DNA of 64,000 nt from Vicinamibacterales bacterium (GTDB lineage: Bacteria; Acidobacteriota; Vicinamibacteria; Vicinamibacterales; UBA2999): the NCBI GenBank assembly GCA_036407095.1, contig DASWZV010000173.1:33531-97530 (forward strand), given 5' to 3'. Positions within the stretch are counted from its first letter, which is position 1, and every line of letters begins with the position of its first letter. The notes below the pieces were generated by a model, which worked only from the letters and a program-made list of their open reading frames with translations, was not told where the DNA came from and searched no databases. A program made the translations under genes and the position numbers. Shown piece after piece: positions 37,357 to 46,793 of the stretch.

Positions 37357-40300
37357 ATGCGATCACCTCTCGTCCGGCTCTTGGCGACACGCCGGTTCGC
37401 ACCACTGTTCGTGACCCAGTTCCTCGGCGCGTTCAACGACAACCTCCTGAAGAGTGCGATGGGGATCGTCGTCACATTTCGATTGGCGCAACAGACCGAC
37501 ACTGCCTCGCTCGTCATGCTCGCGGGTGCTGTGTTCATTGCGCCGTTCTTCCTGTTCTCCGGCGTGTCGGGCACGCTGGCCGATCGCGTCGACAAGGCGC
37601 TGATCGCGAGGATCGTCAAGGTGGCCGAGATCGGCATCATGGCAATCGGCGCGTGGGGCCTGTGGCAGGGAAGCGTGCCGATGCTCTTCGCGGCGCTGTT
37701 CTGTCTGGGCACGCATTCGACGGTCTTCGGTCCGATCAAGTACGCGCTGCTCCCGCAACACCTGCGCGAAGACGAACTGGTCGCCGGCAACGCACTCATC
37801 GAGGCCGGCACTTTCCTCGCGATTCTGATCGGCACGATCCTCGGCGGCAGTGTGGTCCTCCTGGCCGGAGGCGCGCTGATCGTCGGGGGCTGCGGCGTGA
37901 TCGCGGCGCTCGCCGGCTGGCTGGCGTCGCGCCAGATTCCTCCGGCCCCTTCGTCAGCAGGCGCCGATGCGCCGCGGCCTCGCATGTTTCACGACACCAT
38001 CGCGGTCGTCCGTCACGTGACGTCGCGCCCAACGTTGATGGTTCCGATCCTCGCGGTCTCGTGGTTCTGGCTGTTCGGCGCGACCGTCGTGTCGGGTCTG
38101 CCGTCGTTTGCGAAAGACGTGCTCTTCGCCGACGCACAGGTCGTGACGATGATGCTGGCGCTGTTCGCGGTCGGCGTCGGCCTCGGATCGATCGCAGCCG
38201 AGCGGCTGCTGCACGGCGAGGTGAGCGCGCGCTATGTGCCGATCGCCGCCGCCGCGATGGCGTTCTTCGCGTGGGACCTGCATGTCGCCAGCATGGGGCG
38301 GATTCCGTCCGGTGAGCTCGCGCCGGTGCTGGCGTTTCTTCGCATGCCCGGGACCTGGCGCATCCTCGTCGATCTCGTCGGCGTCGCGATGGCCGGCGGC
38401 CTCTTCACGGTGCCGCTCTACGCGATCCTTCAGCACGAGAGCGAGCCCGAGCATCGCGCCCGTGTGATCGCCGCCAACAACATCATCAATGCGCTCGCGA
38501 TGTCGATCGCCGCTGTCGGCGCCGCCGCACTGCTGACGCGTGGCGTGACGATGGGCGCGCTGTTCGGGCTGTGCGGGTTGGTGACGATTCCGGTGGCGCT
38601 GGCGGCGGCGTGGATTCTGCGGCGCGAGCTGGCGAAGAGCGTCGTGCGGCTGATCCTCAGGATCCTCTACCGTGTCGACATCGAAGGACTCGAACACGCG
38701 CGCGCGGCGTTGCCTCACGCCGTGATCGCCGCGAACCATGCCTCGTTCCTCGATGGGCTGTTGCTCGGTGCGTTTCTGCCCGGCGATCCGATCTTCGCTG
38801 TCGACACGGTGATCGCGAAGCAGTGGTGGGCCAAGCCGTTTCTGATTTTCGTCAACGCGTTGCCGGTCGATCCGACCAATCCGCTGTCGATTCGCGCGAT
38901 GATTCGCGCGGTCGAAGCCGGGTCGGCGTGCATCATCTTTCCGGAAGGGCGGATCACGACGACCGGATCGCTGATGAAGGTCTACGAAGGGCCGGCGGTG
39001 ATCGCCGAGCGTACCAAGGCGGCGCTGTTGCCGGTGCGCATCGACGGCGTGGAGTTCACGCCGTTCTCACGTCTCGCAGGCAAGGTGCGTCGGCGGCTCT
39101 TCCCGCGGATTCGCGTGCGGATCCTCCCGCCGCGCATGCTCGCCGCACCTGTGGGCGTCACCGGTCGGGCACGGCGTCTGGCCCTGCGCCGCGCGCTCGG
39201 CGACCAGATGGTGCAGTCGATGTTCGCGGCAGCCCGCATCGACACGACGCTCTTCGACGCGCTGCTCGACGCGCGTGAACAACACGGCGGCGGGCACATC
39301 GTGGCCGACGATATCGAGATGCGGCCTCTCAGCTATCGGGGGCTCGTCACCGCGAGCTACGCGCTTGGTGGAGCGCTGGCCGGGCGCACGAAGCCGGGCG
39401 AACGCGTCGGCGTGCTGCTGCCGACATCGCGCGCGTCGCTCGCCACGTTCTTCGCGCTGCAGGCGTATCGCCGCGTTCCGGCGATGCTGAACTTCTCGAC
39501 GGGCGCGGCGTCGGCGATCGCGGCATGCCGCGGCGCGGAGGTCGCGCTCGTTGTCACCGCACGCACGTTCATCGATAAAGCCAAGCTGCACGGCTTGATA
39601 GCCGCGCTCGAACCGCACGCGACGATCGTGTACCTCGAGGATGTGAAGCGTGAGATCGGTGTGGGCGCACGTGTGATCGCGCTCGTGCGCTCGCTGCTCA
39701 CTGAGCCGAACCACATGCCGGCGCGCGCGAACGATCCCGCTGTCGTGCTGTTTACATCGGGCTCGGAGGGCACACCGAAAGGCGTCGTGCTCAGTCATCG
39801 CAACCTGCTCGCGAACCGCCATCAGCTGTCGTCGGTCATCGACATCAGCCCGAAGGACATCGTCTTCAATGCGCTGCCGGTGTTTCACAGTTTCGGACTC
39901 ACGGGCGGGCTGTTGATGCCCCTTCTCTCTGGTGTGCGCACGTTCCTGTATCCCTCGCCGCTGCATTACCGGACCGTTCCCGAATTTGTGTACGGCGTCA
40001 ACGCGACGATCCTCTTCGGCACGGATACGTTTCTCTCGGGCTACGCCCGCGTGGCCGACAACTACGACTTCTACTCGGTGCGATACGTCTTCGCTGGCGC
40101 GGAGCGGGTGAAGCCCGAGACGCGACGGGTCTGGTTCGAGAAGTTTGGCATCCGCATCCTCGAAGGATACGGCGCCACCGAAACGGCACCCGGGCTCGCG
40201 GTCAACACTCCGATGCACTTCAAGGCGGGCACGGTCGGGCGGCTGCTGCCGGGGATTCAATATCGGCTCGAACACGTCGAGGGGATCGACGCCGGCGGCA

Positions 40301-40767
40301 GGCTCTTCGTGCGCGGTCCGAACGTGATGCTCGGCTATCTGCGCGCGGAGAAGCCGGGTGTGCTCGAACCGCCGATCGACGGCTGGTACGACACCGGCGA
40401 TATCGTCGACTTCGATGCCGACGGCTTCGTCACGATCAAAGGCCGTGCGAAGCGTTTCGCGAAGGTCGCCGGCGAGATGGTGCCGCTCGGCGCGGTCGAG
40501 GATTTCGTCTCCAACGTGTGGCCGCAGCATCAACACGCGGTCGTGGCCGTGCCGGATCCGAAGCGCGGTGAACAACTGGTGCTCGTCACCGAGCGTCCCG
40601 ATGCGAATCGCGCCGCGCTTGCCACCGCCGCACGTGAGGCAGGGCTGCCCGAGATGTTCGTCCCCCGCACCATCGTCTCCGTGCCGAAGGTGCCCATCCT
40701 CGGGACCGGAAAGATCGACTACGTCAGCTCAGGTCAGCTCGCTCTCGAACTCCTGGAAGCTTCGTAA
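37357..40767 (+). CDS. aas: LplT-type MFS + acyltransferase + acyl-ACP synthetase fusion
   Basis: TQFLGAFNDN, NHASFLD, FPEGR, FTSGSEGTPKGV, YGATE, YDTGD. Confidence 0.92.
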   Translation: MRSPLVRLLATRRFAPLFVTQFLGAFNDNLLKSAMGIVVTFRLAQQTDTASLVMLAGAVFIAPFFLFSGVSGTLADRVDKALIARIVKVAEIGIMAIGAWGLWQGSVPMLFAALFCLGTHSTVFGPIKYALLPQHLREDELVAGNALIEAGTFLAILIGTILGGSVVLLAGGALIVGGCGVIAALAGWLASRQIPPAPSSAGADAPRPRMFHDTIAVVRHVTSRPTLMVPILAVSWFWLFGATVVSGLPSFAKDVLFADAQVVTMMLALFAVGVGLGSIAAERLLHGEVSARYVPIAAAAMAFFAWDLHVASMGRIPSGELAPVLAFLRMPGTWRILVDLVGVAMAGGLFTVPLYAILQHESEPEHRARVIAANNIINALAMSIAAVGAAALLTRGVTMGALFGLCGLVTIPVALAAAWILRRELAKSVVRLILRILYRVDIEGLEHARAALPHAVIAANHASFLDGLLLGAFLPGDPIFAVDTVIAKQWWAKPFLIFVNALPVDPTNPLSIRAMIRAVEAGSACIIFPEGRITTTGSLMKVYEGPAVIAERTKAALLPVRIDGVEFTPFSRLAGKVRRRLFPRIRVRILPPRMLAAPVGVTGRARRLALRRALGDQMVQSMFAAARIDTTLFDALLDAREQHGGGHIVADDIEMRPLSYRGLVTASYALGGALAGRTKPGERVGVLLPTSRASLATFFALQAYRRVPAMLNFSTGAASAIAACRGAEVALVVTARTFIDKAKLHGLIAALEPHATIVYLEDVKREIGVGARVIALVRSLLTEPNHMPARANDPAVVLFTSGSEGTPKGVVLSHRNLLANRHQLSSVIDISPKDIVFNALPVFHSFGLTGGLLMPLLSGVRTFLYPSPLHYRTVPEFVYGVNATILFGTDTFLSGYARVADNYDFYSVRYVFAGAERVKPETRRVWFEKFGIRILEGYGATETAPGLAVNTPMHFKAGTVGRLLPGIQYRLEHVEGIDAGGRLFVRGPNVMLGYLRAEKPGVLEPPIDGWYDTGDIVDFDADGFVTIKGRAKRFAKVAGEMVPLGAVEDFVSNVWPQHQHAVVAVPDPKRGEQLVLVTERPDANRAALATAAREAGLPEMFVPRTIVSVPKVPILGTGKIDYVSSGQLALELLEAS

Positions 40768-40802
40768 AGAAGAGCAGGAAGCTTCCTGATTCCTGCTTTT
40801 CG

Positions 40803-42407
40803 TCAGGACTGCCTGATGCGCGCGTCTGGGAACTGTTCGCGCAGCCGCGCGAGATCGTCGGCCGCGTCATCGGCTGTCGGATAGCCGTCGATCACCACCA
40901 TCACCAATTCACCTCGCTGTGGGCCGGCGTCGACTGTGATGGTCTTCGTTCGATACCCGTCGCGTGCCAGTCGTTCGGCAAGCGCGTCAGCGTCGGCCTG
41001 GTTGTTGAATGCGGCCACCTGAATGATGGTGCGATCCCCAGTGTCGCTCCCAGGGATAGCCGCGGTCCTCGACGCGAAGGGCACAGATGGCTTCGACTGC
41101 GCAGGCGGCTCGGGCACTGCAAGCGCCAGCAAACGAGTCCGGGCCGGCGACGTGGGTATCGTCAGGAGGGGGACGGCGCCCGCCCGCGACTCCGAGTAGA
41201 AGTAGACGAGCATCGCGCCGGCTGCGAGCGCGGCCAGCATGACGAACGTGCCTGCCATCGACCGCGAACGTTGCAACGGCGCCTTCTCGCGAACCGCACT
41301 GAGTTCGCGTTCCGCGGCGAATTCGGACAGCTCCTCGATTGCCGCTTCCTGACCGGTGGATGCCCCATCGATGATGGACGCCGCGCCGCCCTCCACCTGC
41401 GTGATCTCGGGCACCGGTTCAGCGATCGACTCGCGTTCGAGGTGAGACCCGGAAGTCGATGGCATCTCGAGGCCGAGATCGCCAATGGCGTCGATCACCG
41501 CATACGCCTCGATGCGGTTGATGCGTGCGTTGCAGCCGCGAACGAGCGCGCGGTCGCAGATCTTGTTGATGAGGCGTGGTGTGCCGCCCGAACCCCGGTG
41601 CACCATGTCGATCGCGCCGTCTGAGAATTCCACGCGGCTGTCGCCATCGCCCGCGACGTTCAGTCGATGCCGTACGTATCCAGCGACGTCATCGAGACGA
41701 AGCCGCTGGATCTCGCATCGCACCGAAACCCGCTGATCGACCTGGCGCATCTGCGGCAGCGTGAGGTTGGCGCGGAGTTCGGGCTGACCGACGAGCACTA
41801 CCTGCAACAGCTTCTCGCGTCCCTCGAGATCCGACAGGATGCGAATCTCCTCGAGCAGCGGCAGCGGCAGATTCTGCGCTTCATCGACGATCAGCACGGC
41901 TAACGCGTGCAGCGGGACCAGTGAATCCAGGAACTCGTAGAGCGGATACGTGAGGTCGGGACGCGAGGCGCCGTTCAAGCTGCCGCGTTTGAGCTCGGTG
42001 ATCGACACCACACCGAAGTCGACCAGCACCATCTTCAGCAGGTCTTCGCGCGAGACGAACGGATCGGGCACGAACGCGCAGAACGTCCGTCGATCGAGGT
42101 TCTGCAACACCGATCTGATCAGCGTCGTCTTGCCGGTCCCGATTTCTCCGGTGACGACGATGAGCCCTTCGCGTCGGCGAATGCCGTTCAACAACTCCTC
42201 GTATGCCGGCGCGTGTGTCGGGCTCTGATAGAGAAACCGCGGGTCGGCTGACAGGCTGAATGGCTTCTCTTTCAGACCGTAATACAACTCGTACGTCAGC
42301 GACGGCGAGACGGATGTTGGCGGATGCGCGGCCGACTGCGGATCGATGGCGAGGTGACGAAGAATCCGCCCTCCCTCGAACGACGTTTTGGGTAGCTGCT
42401 GGTTCAC
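40803..42407 (-). CDS. ExeA-like AAA ATPase with TM and SPOR domain
   Basis: YYGLKEKPF, GEIGTGKT, VDEAQ, VGQPEL, GTPRLINKICDRAL; IQVAAF...A (SPOR). Confidence 0.9.
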   Translation of the reverse strand: MNQQLPKTSFEGGRILRHLAIDPQSAAHPPTSVSPSLTYELYYGLKEKPFSLSADPRFLYQSPTHAPAYEELLNGIRRREGLIVVTGEIGTGKTTLIRSVLQNLDRRTFCAFVPDPFVSREDLLKMVLVDFGVVSITELKRGSLNGASRPDLTYPLYEFLDSLVPLHALAVLIVDEAQNLPLPLLEEIRILSDLEGREKLLQVVLVGQPELRANLTLPQMRQVDQRVSVRCEIQRLRLDDVAGYVRHRLNVAGDGDSRVEFSDGAIDMVHRGSGGTPRLINKICDRALVRGCNARINRIEAYAVIDAIGDLGLEMPSTSGSHLERESIAEPVPEITQVEGGAASIIDGASTGQEAAIEELSEFAAERELSAVREKAPLQRSRSMAGTFVMLAALAAGAMLVYFYSESRAGAVPLLTIPTSPARTRLLALAVPEPPAQSKPSVPFASRTAAIPGSDTGDRTIIQVAAFNNQADADALAERLARDGYRTKTITVDAGPQRGELVMVVIDGYPTADDAADDLARLREQFPDARIRQS

Positions 42408-42448
42408 TGTTCCCTCGCTATCGGAGGAACAGTGCAAGAACTCTACCC

Positions 42449-42625
42449 TTACCAGCCGTTACAGTCGAATTTGAAGCCGCACTTCAAACATTTGATGCAG
42501 CCTTTGATCTTCGCGAGATCGCGTGACTCACCGCAGCGGGGACAGAGGGTTTCAGAGTCTGGCAGTTCAGAGTTCAGAGGTTCGGAATTCCGGTGCCCGG
42601 TTACGGTTCTCGGCTCCTGGTTCAA
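42449..42625 (-). CDS. Small zinc-ribbon protein (58 aa)
   Basis: AGGAGG RBS then TTG; CPRCGE...GCIKCLKCGFKFDCNGW*. Confidence 0.55.
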   Translation of the reverse strand: MNQEPRTVTGHRNSEPLNSELPDSETLCPRCGESRDLAKIKGCIKCLKCGFKFDCNGW

Positions 42626-42712
42626 AGTTTGGTCCCTCCTGCCAACATTCAATTCCTTACGACTCCTGCTGTCGACGCGAATACCTGATCGGCTCTCGAG
42701 AAACGCGATCTT

Positions 42713-42881
42713 GGAGACACGGTTTCGCACGGAGACACGGAGACGCGGAGGTCGGACGGAGAGTACGTGGTCGCGAGCGACTCGCGTCAGGTGCGGGTCC
42801 ACGCGTGACACTGTATGTTCGAATCGATGGAGCCTCCGTCCGATCTCCGTGTCTCCGTTGCTCCGTGCGAACCGTATCTCC
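42713..42881. repeat. ~170-bp palindrome with CACGGAGA-type 9-mer repeats
   Basis: GGAGACACGGTTTCGCACGGAGACACGGAGAC pairs with CTCCGTGTCTCCGTTGCTCCGTGCGAACCGTATCTCC. Confidence 0.85.
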
Positions 42882-42889
42882 GCGAACTC

Positions 42890-43353
42890 TAGTCGCGTCG
42901 TAGCGCTCGAGCCGGGCGAGGGCGACCTCGTCGGGCTCAGTGAGATCGGCGGGCGTGTTCGCGACCGACGTGCAGTTGAGCCGATTGGATTTGCCGGTGC
43001 CACGCTGATCCACGAGCACGATGTCGCGCGTGCGCTGGACACGTCTGAAGATTTCACGAATTTGTCTTGCCGACTGCGCCGCGCCCTGGCCCGGGCCGCC
43101 GGCGAGAAAGACGAGCGGGTCGGGCGACTCGGGGCGGATCGCGGGGAGCACCGTAATGAAGAGCGCGATCTCGCGGCCTCGCTTCGCGATTCTCGAAAAC
43201 GGACAGGGTCCCGCAGTAAGCATCCGAGGGCCCTTCATCCGTAGTGCAGGGATGAAGACGTTCGCGCACGCCGGTACCTGGTCCGACTGCGCATGCGGTC
43301 GTGGCGGCAAGTGCCAGCAGGGTCAGAAAGGCAGGGAAGGATCGCAGGTGCAA
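42890..43353 (-). pseudogene. 5' remnant of a secreted alpha/beta hydrolase (TAP-like)
   Basis: Signal peptide, CGTLSVFENR, frameshift ~43180, PLVFLAGGPG, VLVDQRGTGKS, then truncation at the palindrome. Confidence 0.85.
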
Positions 43354-43487
43354 CCAGGACACCCGTGGCGATGATAGCACCCGGGGTGACACCCGCTGCC
43401 CCGCGCGCAAACCGTGTCGGTGTTTCTTTCGTCCAATCTATGCGCCCAAAAGACGTGTTTCTCTCATAAAATCACTCATCAGCGGGT

Positions 43488-44270
43488 ATGGCCCAGGGAA
43501 AGCGCGTGCGGCCAGATGCGAAAGCGGGGCAACCCATGAAGGATGCTGAACAAGCCAGTCTCGCCTCCGAGGCGTACTCGGTAGTACGTCAACGGATTCT
43601 CCGCGGCGACATCGTGCTCGGGCAGGTCATCTCACGACGCAAACTCGCGGCGGAGCTGAGTATGAGCTTTCTGCCAGTATCGGAAGCGCTGCTTCGGCTC
43701 GAGATCGAAGGGCTGCTCGAGAGCCGGCCGCGTGCGGGAACGCGCGTGCGCATTCCCTCGCCTGAAGACGTGAAGGGCCACTACGTCGTCCGTGAAGCGC
43801 TCGAAGTGCAGGCCGCGATGCGCTTCGCGAAATTCGCGACCGCGAGTGAGCGGTCCGAGTTGAAGAAGCTTGCGGTTCGCGTCGATGCGCTGTCGATCGG
43901 CATGGACCGTCCGCTCTATCAATCGGTGCATCAGAAACTGCACGCGCGCGTTGCGCAGTGCGCGCGGTGTCCCGCGCTGCTCGACGCGATCGAGAAGACG
44001 CACGCGCTCGCGTCGATCTGGTTCTGTGTGATGCGCACACCGAAACCAGAAGACTCGCCGACCCGACATCAGGAACTCGCCGATGCGTTGAGCAGTGGTG
44101 ATCCGGCGCGTGCCGCCGACGAAGTGCGTCGTCATCTCGAAGTGGGCATGGAGCACGCGCTGGAAGTGCTGCAGCCGTACTTCAGGCTGCGCAAGGCGAC
44201 GGGCCGCACGTTCTACCGCAGCGATCGACGTCTGCGCCAGGGGCCGCTGGATTTGTCGCAACTCAACTGA
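43488..44270 (+). CDS. GntR (FCD) regulator
   Basis: LAAELSMSFLPVSEALLRLEIEGL, VREALE. Alternative start at 43536. Confidence 0.92.
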   Translation: MAQGKRVRPDAKAGQPMKDAEQASLASEAYSVVRQRILRGDIVLGQVISRRKLAAELSMSFLPVSEALLRLEIEGLLESRPRAGTRVRIPSPEDVKGHYVVREALEVQAAMRFAKFATASERSELKKLAVRVDALSIGMDRPLYQSVHQKLHARVAQCARCPALLDAIEKTHALASIWFCVMRTPKPEDSPTRHQELADALSSGDPARAADEVRRHLEVGMEHALEVLQPYFRLRKATGRTFYRSDRRLRQGPLDLSQLN

Positions 44271-44360
44271 TCCCGCGACCAAGATTCGAGGCTCGCGGCT
44301 GGTTGATAAGGTCTTGACTCACCGACCTTTGACCACCCTGCCGTACGCCGTCCCCAACCA

Positions 44361-44389
44361 TTGACAGCGCGCGCAACCCCCGCCACAAT
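44361..44389 (+). promoter_or_regulatory. Sigma70-like promoter
   Basis: TTGACA-N17-CACAAT, about 200 nt upstream of the ATG at 44598. Confidence 0.55.
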
Positions 44390-44597
44390 AATCGCCCGAA
44401 CTGTGTCAAGCAGTCGCGGCGGTCGTCTGCCGTGGGCAAGAGGAATAATGAGGTCCTGGGGAAAAGTCCTGAGGAATAGCGCCCTGGGGAATTTTTGGAT
44501 CGGTAATCGGCTGAAATCGTCCCGCAGTATTTAACGGTACCAAGAGCACAACACCTGACACCCGGATGTCGGATTCGTCGCCTGGAGGAATGTTTCG

Positions 44598-44999
44598 ATG
44601 CGAACCAAGTTTGCTGTTGTCGTCGCCGGGATCGCGCTGCTGGCGAGCGCGCGGATCATGGCGCATCACTCTTTTTCGGCCGAGTTTGACGCGAACAAGC
44701 CGTTCAAGATGACCGGCCAGGTGACCAAGGTCGAGTGGATGAACCCGCACACGTTCTTCTACATCGACGTCAAGGACGAGAAGACCGGCAAGGTCACCAA
44801 CTGGGCCATGGAGATGGGCAGCCCGAACGGCCTGATGCGCGCCGGCTGGACCCGCAACACCATGAAGGTCGGTGACAAGGTCACTGTCGAGGGCAGCCTC
44901 GCCAAGGACGGCAGCCCGACCGGCAACGCGCGCGCGGTCACGCTGGCGGAAACCGGCCAGCGCCTCTTCGCCGCGTCGAGCCAGGGCAACACGCAGTAA
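44598..44999 (+). CDS. DUF6152 family secreted protein
   Basis: Signal peptide, AHHSFSAEFD, EWMNPH, GDKVTVEG. Confidence 0.85.
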   Translation: MRTKFAVVVAGIALLASARIMAHHSFSAEFDANKPFKMTGQVTKVEWMNPHTFFYIDVKDEKTGKVTNWAMEMGSPNGLMRAGWTRNTMKVGDKVTVEGSLAKDGSPTGNARAVTLAETGQRLFAASSQGNTQ

Positions 45000-45012
45000 C
45001 AGGGAGCGTTTC

Positions 45013-46053
45013 TTGAAAACGAGTCTTCGTACCGCGCTCGTGGGCGCGACGGCGGCCGTGGTGTTTGCGTCGAGCGTCTGGGTGTTCGGTCAGGAGCAGG
45101 CGCCTGGTCAGGCCGGTCAGGAGGGTGGAGCGCCCGCGGCTGCGGGTCGCGGAGGCGGGCGCGGGCGCGGCAGACAGGCCGGACCCGCGCTGCCAACACC
45201 TCGTCTAGCCGATGGCACCGTCAACTTCGGACGCGTGCCCGGCGAGAAGGGCGTGTGGTCCGTTCCCTACATCACCAACATGGGCATGCAGCTCGTCGGA
45301 GACGACGGGCAGCCGTTGCCGGCGATCGCGGAAGCCAGGCAGCAGGCCGCCGCGGCGCGCGGCGCCGGCGGGGGTGGACGCGCCGCCGGAGGCGGTGGCG
45401 GTGGTGGGCGCGGGGGCTCGAAGTCGGAGCCATGGATGCCGTGGATGCCGTGGTCCGCGGCGATGTACGACTACAACTCGAAGAACGAGTCGAAGTACGA
45501 CCCCGAAGGGTACTGTCTCCCGCCCGGCGGTCCGCGCATGATGGCGACGCCTTACCAGATGGAGATCATCCAGATGCCGGAACACAACCGCATCGTGATG
45601 ATCTTCGAAGGGGCGACGCACATCTGGCGCGAGATCTACATGGACGGGCGCAAGTTCCCGGAAGGCGATCTCCTCAATCCGACCTACCTCGGGTACTCCA
45701 TCGGCCACTGGGAAGGCAAAGACACGCTGGTCGTGGAGAACACCGGTTTCAACGAGAACACGTGGCTCGATTACTTCGGGCATCCGCATACCGACAAGAT
45801 GTTCGTCACCGAGCGGTGGACGCGCCCGAGCAAACAGACGCTGCACTATCGGGCGACGATTAACGATCCCGGTGCGTACACCAAGCCGTTCACGGTGGCG
45901 TGGGACATCCCGTGGCGTGATGGCGGAGAGCTGCCCGAGTACATCTGCCAGGAGAACAACCGGTACCTCAATCGACTGGAAGACGATCTCGGCCAGCCGA
46001 TCTTTGGTCCTCGTCCTCAGCCCGGCGTGAAGCCGTCAGGCGGCACACGGTAG
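45013..46053 (+). CDS. Secreted DUF6152-associated hypothetical protein with Gly/Arg-rich linkers
   Basis: GGGAG RBS and TTG; DPEGYCLPPG, GYSIGHWEGKDTLVV, DPGAYTKP, EYICQENN. Confidence 0.8.
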   Translation: MKTSLRTALVGATAAVVFASSVWVFGQEQAPGQAGQEGGAPAAAGRGGGRGRGRQAGPALPTPRLADGTVNFGRVPGEKGVWSVPYITNMGMQLVGDDGQPLPAIAEARQQAAAARGAGGGGRAAGGGGGGGRGGSKSEPWMPWMPWSAAMYDYNSKNESKYDPEGYCLPPGGPRMMATPYQMEIIQMPEHNRIVMIFEGATHIWREIYMDGRKFPEGDLLNPTYLGYSIGHWEGKDTLVVENTGFNENTWLDYFGHPHTDKMFVTERWTRPSKQTLHYRATINDPGAYTKPFTVAWDIPWRDGGELPEYICQENNRYLNRLEDDLGQPIFGPRPQPGVKPSGGTR

Positions 46054-46061
46054 GAGCGTCG

Positions 46062-46469
46062 ATGCGATCAAGGGTCTTACTGGTGCTCGCGTTCGCGATC
46101 ATCGTCGCGATTCCTGCGACGCTTGGCGCGCAGTTCGGTCATCCGATGAAGGGGCAGTGGAGCGGCGAGTGGGGGCCGAAGAACAACCCCAATCGCATCC
46201 TCCTCAATCTCGATTGGGACGGCAAGGAAATCACCGGCACGATCAACCCCGGGCCGAACGGAGCGACTGTGAAGTCGGTCGTGTTCGACTACACGAACCC
46301 GGTGGCCTGGGGAGTGAAGATCACGGCCGAGGGCAAAGACGCATCCGGCAAACCGGTTGCCATATCAGTCGACGGGAAGCTCGAGAATCTCGGCGCCTAC
46401 ACCAAGCTCTTTCATGGCACCTGGACCCAGGGAGGCCAGAAGGGCGAGTTCGTAGTCACGCGAAATTGA
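46062..46469 (+). CDS. Secreted hypothetical protein
   Basis: AGGAG RBS, signal peptide, GHPMKGQWSGEWG. Confidence 0.8.
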   Translation: MRSRVLLVLAFAIIVAIPATLGAQFGHPMKGQWSGEWGPKNNPNRILLNLDWDGKEITGTINPGPNGATVKSVVFDYTNPVAWGVKITAEGKDASGKPVAISVDGKLENLGAYTKLFHGTWTQGGQKGEFVVTRN

Positions 46470-46793
46470 TTCTTCGTACGCTGGTGGGCCGCCTGAAGGC
46501 GGCCCCTACGTATTTCTGGAACGCAAGACCCGCCCCACACCTCCGATTTTCTCACTGCCCAGTTCTGCCATCCGTCCCCCGCCGCGCTCGAGCCCTGGCG
46601 TCGCTTAATTGATTGACATATCAACGACATACAGCTTGAATAACAGGGCCCGTCAAGGTGTCCTCGAAGGTGCCGGTGTCAGCCGGCAAGGGCATCGTTG
46701 CACGTGGCCGTGAGCGGCGGCTGACGGGCATCCGGAGGCGACGGCAGGAGCGCGGGGGCGTTGAGACAGCGAGTCCATTCAGGAGGATAGGGA

